From the NCBI GenBank assembly GCA_048772705.1, contig JBLWGC010000041.1:62001-126000 (forward strand): 64,000 nucleotides of DNA. The letters are read 5' to 3'. This DNA is from Leidyana gryllorum EB-2025a. Its lineage: Eukaryota; Protista; Apicomplexa. Under the pieces are notes generated by a model that did not search any database, was not told where the DNA came from, and was given only the letters and a program-made list of their open reading frames with translations. Of the stretch, positions 23,347 through 35,136 are shown piece after piece (within the stretch, counting starts at the first letter, position 1; the number at the start of each line of letters is the position of its first letter). A program made the position numbers and the translations under genes.

Positions 23347-25869
23347 TTAGCTTTCGAGGTTTGGGCGCCAGGCAAAGCATAAATCCGGAACCTTGGCTCT
23401 GTTCTCCCCCAGGGACGTCCTTGCGGACGTGGTGTGCGGTAAACTATAAAATGACGGCCCTGGCGAGCAGCTGGAGGGAAGGGGGTGACTGTTAAGGGTA
23501 AACGGCTGGCAGCAGCGTACCTCCTGGGGGGGTGGCGTATGATATGCCAGGATCGGGCTCATCTGGCAGCTCGTATCGAGCCTTCTCGCGCAGCAGATAA
23601 CTGTAGCGGGCGAATAAGTCTGAAGTAGTCAGCGACATGCGGCCACTCCATGCACCCTTTCCATCAGTCCTAACCACTCATGTGGCACTTCGCCCTCATT
23701 CTCTTCCCTCCGTAATTCGATTATTCGTCTGAGGTTATCCAGGAGGCCGCACATGTACTCGGCATTAGAGACGAAGAACTCGTGTTTGACAGTAAACAGC
23801 AACCGAAACGTCCACAGCAAGCCATTAGCTGCGACGAGGGGCTGGAGAAAAGGGTTTGAGAGTGTGTCGATGATACTTTGATGACTCACATTCCGTTCGA
23901 CGTCATCTCGATATAACATGGCGGCAAACCTTCGATCGCGTGCAACGTCGATGGCTTGTTCGCCTGTAATTGGCCTCTGTGGCAGCAGGCGAGATGGGGT
24001 TTGATAAGTGAAGCCGTCACCGCTTACCTCATGTAGGTTCCATCGCATCATTTCGGTCTCGACCAACTCCCGCTGTGCCCATGCCAACATACCAAAGGGC
24101 ATGGGGTACACTGCAGGCCGGCGTTTGGTGCTAAAGTGGGTGACATATTGTGCTTACAGTGTCTGCAGAGTTTGATTTTGATCCTCAGGACATCGCAAAT
24201 ATTGTCAAAATCGTCGTGGGCCAGATCTTTCACGACGGCGTCGCATACACGAACAAGATAGTAATGACACCGCAATCGTTTGCCATGGTGACTCCGCAGA
24301 TTCGCGCAGAGAGACTTGAGATTTTCATCATCACCACTGTGAGCGGCCCAGAGACTCTCATCAAAATGCGTCAATTGCTTTATATCATTGATATCCGCTT
24401 TCGCTCCACACATCACACAAGTGTTGGCGGGAATACTCTGATACCACTCCTGAACGGTGGATGACCGCAAACTCTCCTCAAAATCGTTCACATTTCCTGT
24501 CGACCAGTCCACTGGGTACTCTTCCAGAGCCTCCAGACTCGGCAACACATCTTTCAGAGCTTCCAATTGTGTGTGGACCCCTTTGCTTTTCGATAACGCC
24601 ATTCTCTCCGTCGATGCCGCCGTGTGATTCAGAAAGAAGACACCTTTGGGACAATGCAGACAGCTGTATCCTCGAGAAATGTCCGCGATTGCGTCGCAGC
24701 GGACACATCGGCAGAGAAACTGTTTGGTATCCATCAATTCAGACCGTCTCCGCGTAGTGGGGAGGATCAAATCATCGTCACTCAGGTATGAAAGCGAGAT
24801 CTCCTCGCCAGCCCTGAAGGAGGAACGTTTGTCATTGGCACGAGGGAGTTACGTAAGGGAGGGGGGCACCGAGTGTGTTGTGGGCAGACGTACAGGTCGT
24901 CTGTTACTCGGAGGGGGTTTTCGCTTCTCACTCTATTGACAATCGGGCCACCATGACAAAGTCTCCCTGATCGTTGATGTGCCATACAGTGTTCGGCAAA
25001 CACGAGTGGGACGAAAAGGTCGGCAGGTAGAAAGTGTTATACGTTAAAGGCTCCCAGTCTCCTTCGAAGCAGTTGAGTACCCAAATCTTTGAGCTGCAGA
25101 TTGAAAGAGGCGACAGTGTAAAGTGTGAGAGCTCACCTGCAACGCCGAGTCGATTGACTCTGGGGCGAATGTCTCGCTCAATATTCTCCAGACTCTCTGG
25201 TCAACACTTTTTGGATCAATCCCAGAGGAGGGCAAGTTGCAGTCAAAGTGTTTGAGAATGCGGCGTGAAAGATGGACCGCCTGTTGACTTGGCTTCTCGT
25301 ACACCGGATGGAAGAACATTTGGAACAAAGACAAAGTTCGCTCGGGCAGCACCCGAACCGGGATATCCAGAAATCGGCGAATCTGCCAAACGACATCCTT
25401 CGATTGCGAATCGCCCGCGTCTGATCAGAGCACGAAATTTGGTCGTCCGGTAACGACAGAGACTCACTGGCAGTTACAGAGGCTTCTAAATACTCGCGGT
25501 CCTCCTCACTGAGTAGCGAGTTTACAGCACACCAATACCTGAATTGGGGGACGTTCCGGTCGAGAGACTTCTTCGTCACATACCACATTGTGCTGTAATC
25601 GAAATCTGGGTGATTGACCCATTGATCCAACAACTGATAAAAGGGATCCTCTTCATTAGCCGCAACCTGAACGAGCGGTTCCTCCGTGAAGACTATTTCG
25701 CCTGGCGCTACTGCACTGGTTCTGCCGAGTCGGTATCGATGGTATTGGGAGAGGCGGAGTCAAATACTCACGCGACGAGCACACGTCCTTTACCGGGACG
25801 CACTTCACACCGCACAGTGGTCTTTTGGCGTCGGGCGATATACTCATTGACGTATGCTACGTCCTTCAT
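23347..25869 (-). CDS. SET-domain lysine methyltransferase, SMYD/AKMT-like, multi-exon
   Basis: GKGRVLVA..GEIVFTEEP, YLPTFSSHSCLPNTVWH, AGEEISLSYLSDDDL, post-SET FLCRCVRC..RGYSCLHC, helical C-terminus. The layout resembles apicomplexan AKMT. Confidence 0.8.
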
Positions 25870-25882
25870 TTTGGATGTTTTT

Positions 25883-26844
25883 TCATTGCTCGTCCTCTTC
25901 AAGCGGGTCAGGCGGCAGATACACCCCCTAATACAATGTGCTAAGTCTAAGTACGTTCGTTCGGTTTGGCCTACCCCTGCTCGAGACTTCCACGCGCCAC
26001 GCCGAGTATCGAATTCCTCGGCAACTTTCGGCCGTTCCGGACTCGCCGACCTGTCTCGGAACCTATCGTGATCCCATCGTTCTTCGTCATCAGTGTGGTA
26101 GCGGTGACTGAACAGCGACGAATCGAATGAGGACCACAGAAAAGCACCTACCGAGTGCCAGCCGCTCGACGTCTCCGTTCCGACCTTTCATACGCCGCAA
26201 ACAGAGGGTTGTGAGGGTCAGGCGGCGGACGGTCCCAATCGTCCTCATCCTGCTCCTGACCTCCAGCAGTTTCTCTGTGCTCTTCTTTCAAACGATGCTT
26301 GTCGCGTCTTCCACCAACATGTGGGGAGCGAGATCGCCGTCTCCGCCGGGGCGGTGACGACGAGGGCTCTCTTCTTACATATGCAGCGCCCTCCTCGGAC
26401 TGTTCCTCTTTCACCCCCAGCAGCCGTCTCCGTCTCTTGTGTCGGATCCCCGATGCATCACTGTCGCTGTCCGACGAACTGCTGAACTTTTCCTCTTTGA
26501 CTTTGTACTCCTCTGCATATCTCTTTCGTCGATCAGAGTCCACCGTGTCCCACTGACGCGAGGAGGGAGTGTCCTCCTCGTACGCCGGCTTCGAACGCAT
26601 CGGACTACGCATCCTCTTCCGTGGTACCGGTGACGAGTCTCGATTCCAGTAACGGCGGGGCCGCGAAGGCGAGTAGGAGGAACGTCGCACCTCTTTGTTC
26701 GTAGGACGTGCTGTTGTGCCCAATTGAGCTCGCCATCGCCGTTCCCACTCTTGTGCAGCCTAAAGTTCTTTGTATACCTCCCACCATCGGGGCCTACGTG
26801 CTCACCAACTCTTCTTGGGAAAATCCAGCACCAGTTCGAGGCAT
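25883..26844 (-). CDS. RS/RD-rich protein with WDHDRF motif (Btz/CASC3-like motif), multi-exon
   Basis: Spliced model MPRTGAGFSQEEL|AAQEWERRWR..RRRRRSRSP..DDEERWDHDRFRD..WKSRAG|GVYLPPDPLEEDEQ*. Confidence 0.55.
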
Positions 26845-26876
26845 TTATATCACTTTTGGCACCCCAAAAAGTCACG

Positions 26877-28933
26877 TCATTCTGCTCTCCGCTTCGAACC
26901 CTTCAGGTCTGACAAAATGAAATCTTTCAGTCCCCCAGTCCGTGTTGCCTTCTTTGTTCCTTCGCGTTCGCGATGCCGCTCATCCCTCGAAGGCCGCGGC
27001 TCCTCTCGCTCCCGGTGCTCCCTCTCTCGATGCTCACGCTCACGATGTCTCTCTTCGCGGTCTCTCTCCTTCTCACGGTCCCGATCGCGATGACGCGTCT
27101 CACCCTCTCCCATCGTGCCGCGTTTCGATGACCTGTGATGCCGTGGTGGACCCGCTGGAGGAGGCTCAACCGCCGGCCGAGGCACGTGGGTGGGACTCTC
27201 GTTCACTCCTTCACCTCCAGCCCTCGACTCGGTCCGGGAAGTCAACCGTTTTGGCGGCAGCCCATCCACTCCTACACGCTCGCTCTTGGAACTCTTCCGT
27301 GGTATTGGCTGGTCCATCTCTACAGTCGGCCTCCGAGGGGACTGACGCCCAGCATCCATGGATTCCGACGTCTTCCGGGCAGCCATTCTCTGTGTCTCGT
27401 CCGATACAGCATCAGTGACCACGCCTGGCTGTGAGGTCTGCGTGAGGCCGGTTGGAATGAAGACTTTGATAGAGAACACCTACCGCTATTTCGGTCAAAA
27501 AGTCGTTCAGTGAGGGAGGAACCGGCACTTGTAACAGGGTTGGCAGATTAGTCACCGCACTGGTCGGCTGACGGCGTATAAGGGTCTGAATGGGAATGTC
27601 AAACCCGTTCAAACCCAACTCTCGCATCCATTGCCTGCGAGCAGTGAAAATCACACAATATTCATTTCTTCAAACCCCCTTACTCGAGCTCAGCACTCTT
27701 ATTAGCGTGTGCTGGGATGAATAAAGAGGTCGTCGGACTCTTTGTCGGATCCAATCTGCGGAAAGTCTATTGATCGCACGCTCACCCCTAACTCACTCCA
27801 CATCTCTGCGGCAGCTCTTCACTCTGATCCAGTTGTAAAGACGGTGCAGACTCCCGATGCTGCTCTCGTCTTCCAGGTTGGGCACAAATTGGAGATCGGC
27901 ACCATCTACGCACAGTGTCAACTCGAGTTCCTCTGAAACCTACTTACAACGAGCGCAGAGGTGACGCAGATAACACACAAAGATCGACTCCTCGTGGATC
28001 TTCTCGGGCGATGCATCTGTCCGGGCACTCGGCAATAAGTGCGATTTACAACCACAGACTAAGATTGGCACTCCCAGGTTCACAGCAATCTCGTCTCCGT
28101 CAGCATTGTCCGTGACGGCATCCGCTTCTGTGGACAGAGGATGACTCGGTGGGTCCAATCAAACACACACGTGTGTGGGCGGGGGTGGACACGCACGCAA
28201 GTAGACGATGCAAGCTGGCGGGTAGCAGAATAGGGACACGTACGTTTGTCACGCAGAGTTGAAAGGTCCGCCAGAAGCGAAGGCTGCTCAGGTTGACGTG
28301 GCAGAGTGTTGGCCTCCTCTATAGCAGCCGGAAGACTCTCAGCCAAGAACTTGAGCCATTGCTCGCACTTTTCGTAGGCACCCAGCGTCTATGGTGAGTG
28401 TTATCAGCGGTGTGAAATGGCGACGCTTACATCGGCCAAGTTTATGGTGATAATGCACATAAAGCTCATGAGCCCAAATTCTGCCCATCGACGTTTTAGA
28501 GAGGGGAAGGCAAAGTCGCTGCTCGTAATACATAAGATGGACCGGATAGCGCCATGAAATGGATTGGTCGCACCTATGAACAGGGTCTTGCAGAACAAGA
28601 CACCCGCAAGTTTGTATGTTGAAAGGTAGATCATAGTCTTTCGGTATACGCATTGGGATGCACGCATAGTCAAACAAGGAGAGCCCTCCTGTGTCGAGAA
28701 AGTTATCATCTCGTTCACTAGCATCACTCAAACTTTGGTTCCCGACTCGTTGCAGATTGCCCAGAAGGGTAGATTTGCCTGAGCCAACTTCGCCTGAGCC
28801 AGATCAATATAGATGTGTGTTTGCGAGATAGATGGTCCTTACCAACCACGAGGATTGTGCCATTACTGGTCTTCCTGTGTGTTTTGGCTGCAGCCTGGAG
28901 AGTCCTCTCCCAGGCAGTTTGCGCGGTAGCCAT
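26877..28933 (-). CDS. Dynein light intermediate chain-like protein, multi-exon, with charged RE-repeat tail
   Basis: N-terminal ILVVG|EVGSGKSTLL P-loop, NLGVPILVCGCKS, YLRHLCAR.GA. Splices into the 26877-27479 ORF with (HRERE)n repeats and C-terminal LKDFILSDL. Confidence 0.75.
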
Positions 28934-28985
28934 ATATTTCTATTAGAATTTTGCAAGAGGGGGAGGAAGACTGAGATCAGGTGGT

Positions 28986-30704
28986 TCATTGATCACGACC
29001 ACCTCTTTGACCCGACCCATGTGCGTCTGCAAGGATTGCGTGAGGTGCCTGCACGGACAGGAGAAAGTGAGAAAACAATCGCCACCACGCACCGGATCTG
29101 GCTAAACGTCTTCCATTTACTAAGCTGAGCGCTGGATGTGCCAAGGGCCCGCCTCTCCGCTTGATTTGATAACCAAGACAGCCGGTCTTGGAGTCGCTGG
29201 CTAACGTGGAGCAGTTCTCCGGGTGTCGGATCTCGGGGGACTGCCGACAGACGTAACTGAGTACCAAAAACGTATGTGTGTGTGGAGTCCGCCCATGATG
29301 TATATGTACCTTGTCTATGAGATCGTTTCTCCGCCACAGGAGATTCTCCCATGGCTGATATACTAGGGGAGCGAACGCAGCCGGAGACGTCATTGGCGAC
29401 TTTACCGGGCTTCCACTTATGGGTGCGGCGGGCGCAGTTGGCAACGCAGGTGGTGTAGGGGCTCCCACTTCGGGATTAGACGTTACAAAGCCATTATCCA
29501 CACTACCCCCACTGGTGCGCATCCTTTTAGCTGGCGGCAGCTCTTCCTGCAAGGGTTCGGGATTGAGCTCAACATCGTCCAAAAGAGTATTCATTTCAGT
29601 CATCCAGGGCACCCCCTCCGACGCCGTCATGGTGGGCCCGCGCTGGTCACTCTCCTCCTGAGTTCCATCTTTCACTTTGGGAGGAGTTTCCTTTTTCTCA
29701 TCTTCGGCCCCCCCGAAAGTGCGCACCTCCTCTAATCCCTTATGTGTCTTTCGTATTATCGGGGCTCCAGGATCTTCTCGCAATATGACCTGTTGCTGGA
29801 AGTACTTTTCAGCCTCCGTCTCACGCTTCCGCTTCAAAGCTTCCGGAGCCAAGTCCTGTCGATTAGAAGAAACGATGAGCGCGTAATTCAATCATTCATA
29901 ATCGACGTGCAGAAGCGACCGGAACGTCAAAATGACTCACTCACTCACCTTGGCGTCCATAGCAACCAGTTGATCGATACTGATCTCGCCTCTCAAGATC
30001 TTGAATCTCAGCTCTTTATTGTTTTCGCGCTTGAGGTTTTGAAATAGCTCATGGAACTTTTGTCGCTGCAGTTTGGGGTCCATTGAATGTTCCTCGCATA
30101 GCACATCGAGCGCTTGTAATGTCGACAGAGCCATTTGAGTTGCGCCATCCTCGCTCGCCGCCAACAGAGACAGATTGCTCGTTGGTTCACCTGCTTCCGC
30201 GAACTCCTCGATTCCTTTTGCGAAGATCTCTCTCAGTTTCTCAATCTTCTTCAGAGTCATTGCTGACATTGCGTTCATTTGCTCTCGAGCATCGGGCGTG
30301 CCGCCCGGGGGCGGGGTGCTCCCAATGATGTCTTCCGGAGGAAAGGCTGACGCCATACCATAGGCATTCGCGCCGTCCTCATATCCAGCATAGGGCTGCT
30401 CATACGGGCCTTGGGGCCCATCATAGGGTGTTTGAGCCACAGCCTCCGGCTCCACCGGCAGACCGTAGGCGCCTTCTTGTCCAACTGTTGGCGAGGCATA
30501 AAGAGTTGGAGACTGCAAGTCGTTCGGATCAGTGTGGTCCGCAAAGGGAGAGGGTGCGAATATCTGAGGGGGGGCTGACTCAGGACCACCCGGGGGCCCC
30601 TCTGCGCCCAGTACATAATCTGTATTCATCCATTCACTTGGAGCGGGTACTAACGGTAAGCCTCCATACTCGTCCTCATATTGCCGTGGAGGACTACTCT
30701 GCAT
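28986..30704 (-). CDS. TFIIS central (TFIIS_M) domain protein with low-complexity N-terminus
   Basis: RQKFHELFQNLKRENNKELRFKILRGEISIDQLVAMDAK|DLAPEALKRKRE, then KTHKGLEEV. The frame of the 3' exon is uncertain. Confidence 0.7.
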
Positions 30705-30832
30705 CGCGATGTGAAGTGGTCACTCGAAAAAAAAAGTGTTATCATCCTCGAGATAGTAGGAGCTCAGCTCCTCTGATGGAGCATCACAGCAATTCTTATT
30801 GTCTGAGTTATGTGTTGGAGTGTCTGTGTGTT

Positions 30833-32558
30833 CTAAACTGGGGACGTAGACTCACGAGGTCTGGTGATACCTCCAAGGCCACACCAGCTTTTGACTATCT
30901 GAGGACTGGGAGGTGTCAAAGGTCTACTGGAACGGTTAGTGGAGTGGTGCTGGAGTGTGGCAACTTCATCTTCTGATCCGCTGTTGTCATATCGCTCGCT
31001 AAACGAGTTGGAGGTGGTTTTCGTGGCGTTTCCCCTCCAATGACGACTTTTTCCCACTGATCCAGCAGCTTTGGTGACTTCAGGACTCTGGCGAATAGCC
31101 GACACACCCACGTTGAAGTTCCGGCAGGGGACCACCAGCACCTGCACGGAGGCGAGCGCTTTGGTACCACTGGCTGGGTGCATCAGTAACGGCAGAGAAC
31201 TGCTCAAAACCGACACTGTTTGCGCAATCAGATGCACAACCTGTCTCATGTTGTGAGGGGCCCAATCCTCAGACGGGGATGTAGCATCCCAGCAAGCGAC
31301 CAGATGCAGACGAGGTACCTCAGACAAAACTTCCAGAATAGTGGGTACTGCTTCTCGCAGCCACGCTTGCTCCAGGCTTCGATAGTTGAGTGGGAGTCGA
31401 TCCCAGGATGGACATCTGATGTGGTGGGTGGATGAAGGGTGGTCGAGCACCTCTTACCGGCTGTAGACAAAGAGTGTCTTCTCACTGTCGGTGGCCGACT
31501 CGAGTAAATGCACCTTGAGAGACGGCTGGTTGTCCCTCCGAGATGTTTCGGGTTCATTGAACGCGTTGACCGCACATAGCGCCTGTATCCCGGGCACCGC
31601 TCTCCGACAGCTTACAAATGGCAGCAATCGGGAGGTTTTGAGATTGGAGGACGCTTCTTCCCGGGAGGGCGCCGGAGGAGTGTGGCAATAACGCAGGAGG
31701 TAGCTGGGCGGGGAATAACAGATTTCTTCTACTATCATTCGCTTGATGTACGGTCTGAATGTCAGAGCCGTCGGATGAGTGCTGTCTTCCGCCCGCGCAG
31801 CCAGGAGGCGCGAGAAGGGTCGTCCTCGGTGCCATGGGAGACGCAGATACGCGCACGGCAACTGAGACTTTTGTCGAGATTACTTGCCAATTCAACTCAC
31901 GGGAAGAGAGGCCACGGTGAAGCCTACCGGGCCTTCATCAGTCTGTTCAGTGCGAGCGATGGTGGGTTGCGACACGTGTTGATGATAGCGAATTTGTGGC
32001 GGATAGACCACCGATGGTTGATAGGCAGACCCTCCTATCGGGGGATTGTATGCGGTCTGATATAAGTTATGATACATAGATTGTGTAGCGGGCGGGGCCA
32101 AAGGGGAAGGCGACCGAAAACATGCAGGTGCACTCAACATATCAGCCCTCGTGGATAAAATGGGTGGGTCTACGCTGATACTCGTTGTAGAGTTTTTGCT
32201 TAAGTTTGATGTTCTCCTGCCGAAGTCGCGCGTAGCCCTCCTCCAAACGTGAATATCGATCAAGAATGGCCTCTAGCGGCAAAGCGTACAAATGTTTCCC
32301 TAAACCGCGCCTCCCAGCATTGTCCTCTATGTATATGTCCTTCACATAAGCGTACATCCCACCCGGCAGTATTGCCATGCGGTTGTTCCCTGTACCATGT
32401 CCTTCATGATCGTGGGAAGGTTCACACGTCAACTTGTCCACGTCAGGGGCGACCAGCTGTTCCATCCGAGGAGGCAACGTCTTTCTACCCACTGACAGAT
32501 TCACCGATTGTGTTGCGCCTCCGCAGAGTCTACGTTCATTTTGACTTTCAGCCACCAT
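30833..32558 (-). CDS. Hypothetical protein(s), probably multi-exon
   Basis: Chain of minus-strand ORFs (32142-32558, 31892-32263, 31454-31861, 30833-31450) with GTGAGT-type donors between some. Includes a short coiled coil (RYSRLEEGYARLRQENIKLKQKL). No recognisable domain. Confidence 0.4.
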
Positions 32559-32608
32559 GGCACGCACATGCACTTCTATCTCATGATACGCGGTCAAAAA
32601 AAGCTTAA

Positions 32609-33800
32609 ATGAACCTCCTCCTGGTGGACTCGGCCTCCCTCGATGACAATGGCTGCTTTCTCTTGGCGAAAGAGACACTCGACCACCTGCGTAACGTACT
32701 CAAGGCCGAGGTGAGTACCCTGGAATCAACCCGCGCACACAATAAGTGGCCACCTTCTACAGAGAGGAGATGCTGTCAAGGTGGGTATCATCGACGGTCA
32801 ACGAGGTTTAGGCCAACTCGACTTGGACACTCCTGGCAAGGAGACTTGTCGACTACTCCCACTCCGTTTCCAATCCGTCGCTGGCATCCTATCCTATCTC
32901 GCCGAGGCTCACGCTGCAGAGTCTCCCGCTACCGAGCAGCCAACTTACATTTGGCCCCCCATCTCCGCGTATGAGAGAGCGTTGTGGAGTGAGTCTCCGA
33001 TCCTCGATGATCCCAACAGTATGGGGACGCCGAGAATGACGGGAGATGTAGCGGTAATCGAGAAGGGTAATTCAGAGCCCTTCAAGTATCCGCCCACTGA
33101 CCTCAAGGGCTTCAAACCCTTCAACTCTACTGTAAGCCGGGTGAAGATGCCTTTGGTCGACTTGGCCTTAGCGTTACCCCGGCCTCGTACCTTCGACAAG
33201 GTGCTGCAGTTCATCACCTCCATGTCGGTTGGCAGAATAACCATCTTTGCCGGTACTCGAGCCGATCTGGCTTATATGAGCAGTCCCAAGGTTACGGGTC
33301 CTGAAGCTGCGAAGAGTATCAAATTGGGTCTCGAACAGAGCGGGAAGACCACAATGCCACCAGTCGACGTTGTCGGTTCATGGAACTCTGCCCTGATCCA
33401 AATAAAAGAACACGTCGAGAGGGAAGGCCACTTGGTACTGGTTGCCCATCCATACCCCGTACCTGGGCGTGAGAAGGGCGTTCCCCTAAACCTCTTGGAG
33501 ACGCCTATTCTTCAGCACCAGGGCCCCGTTCTGATCATATTGGGGCCCGAGAGGGGCTTCACTAACGAGGAATTGGTTACAATCCTGGATTCCGTCCCTA
33601 ATACCTATCTGGTAGATTTGGGGTCCGACATCCTAAGATGTGAAGTTGCATGCTGTGCGCTGATGGCTCAATGCCAATTGTTACTGCAGAAATCCCCATT
33701 ACGGCCCCTCGAATACGAGCGGAAAGCGCCAGCCGACCTTCGGAGAAGGGATCGGTACCGAGTGAGCGCACGAGGACTTCGAAGTAGCAAGAAAAATTAA
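32609..33800 (+). CDS. rsmE: RsmE-family SPOUT rRNA (m3U1498-type) methyltransferase, one intron (32711-32762)
   Basis: MNLLL..LDHLRNVLKAE|RGDAVKVGIIDG, LALALPRP, GLEQSGKT, IILGPERGF, LGSDILRCEVA. Confidence 0.88.
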
Positions 33801-33802
33801 TT

Positions 33803-34036
33803 ATGTTGCATCGTGAGCTCCGTTCGTTCAACCGATCTGAGAGACGACGGGCTCAAAGGGACCAGGCACGCGAGAAGAAGAGGCTTATTCTCGGAACCTG
33901 CGCTCTGATCTCGGTGGTATCCATAATGGGCGTGACCTTGACCAGCATGACAGATATGTACCACATGGACCTACATCATACTCATCGGATGGCACCCTGG
34001 AGGCTTGTTGGCGGCATCTTCGGCCAGGATCTTTGA
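33803..34036 (+). CDS. Small hypothetical single-TM protein
   Basis: 77-aa ORF with a basic N-terminus followed by LILGTCALISVVSIMGVTL; ATG 2 nt after the RsmE stop. Confidence 0.4.
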   Translation: MLHRELRSFNRSERRRAQRDQAREKKRLILGTCALISVVSIMGVTLTSMTDMYHMDLHHTHRMAPWRLVGGIFGQDL

Positions 34037-34503
34037 ACTGAACCAAAATACAGGGTAGAATACTGACTGATCATGCATTAGTTGCTCGCTTTGACAAACA
34101 AATATATATTTATACCATCATGAACCCAATGCGCTGGACGGTAGTCCGTCAATTCCACCCTCCCGACGTAACTTGGGCGATCTTCGCCTGCTGAGGCATA
34201 GCTATTAGACAGGAGCGCGATTGCACTGAGAGTTTGGGTTTATATTAATGTACTGTGGGTAGGGGAGGAGAAAATACGAAAATCTATCTTCGTCAGCGAC
34301 ATTCGCGATCGCCGTCGAAGGGGGCAAATACACTTCATAGCATCCACCAACTACGGGGGTGGGGGGAGGGGAGGATAAAAAGCGTGGAAGACGTACGGCG
34401 GTAAGCTGACTCGCTCCTCACACCGACGGGAAGCTTCAACAATCATTGGTAGGGAATGTTGTAATTGGAATCGGTTGGATAAAAAGGGAGGTGAGTAACG
34501 GGG

Positions 34504-35101
34504 TCAAGCCGAAGGGGGGGAACCTCCTGCAGCTGGACCCGCTTTCTTGTCCTGCCAGTCTTTGATGGCCAGTTTTATAGCGTCCTCAGCGAGAAGAGAG
34601 CAGTGAATCTTCACAGGAGGCAGAGCCAAAGAATCTGAAGCATTGTTGATAAAGTGCCAAGAACGCACGGTAGACTCACCAGCAATATCCGAATTCTTGA
34701 TTTGGAGAGCCTCGGTGACTGGCTTCCCTTTAATGAGCTCGGACGCATACGAAGACGAAGCTATGGCAGACCCACATCCAAAAGCTTTGAATTTGACATC
34801 AGCTATACGGTCATTCTCATCTATTTTCACTTGAAGCTTGATGACATCTCCACAAGCTGCTTTTCCCACCACAGCGGTACTGTTGATAACATATGGAAAG
34901 TAGAGCTTGAAATCTATCGTAGACTCACCCAACGTTTGGATCATTCTTATCAAGAACGCCCACATTGCGCGGCGCTGTGAAGTGCTCATGCACCAAGGCC
35001 GAATAGTTGCGCAGGACTGGTCTTCGGCTGAGCCATGATGACTGAGCAGCCCTCAAGGTGAAACCAGTGGCAGGTCGGAAAGCTGCGCGAAGAGTCAACA
35101 T
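34504..35101 (-). CDS. ISU1: Fe-S cluster scaffold IscU/Isu1 with mitochondrial-type presequence, multi-exon
   Basis: Arg/Ser-rich leader, YSALVHEHFTAPRNVG, GKAACGDVIKLQ, FKAFGCGSAIASSS, LALPPVKIHCSLLAEDAIK. Confidence 0.95.
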
Positions 35102-35136
35102 GCTGACAGGGGAGGTCAAAAAAAAATGCGAGAGAA

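Noticed and set aside
26877-27479. RE-rich ORF as an independent gene
   Set aside because: A GTAGGT..CAG intron joins it in frame to the upstream dynein light intermediate chain exons.
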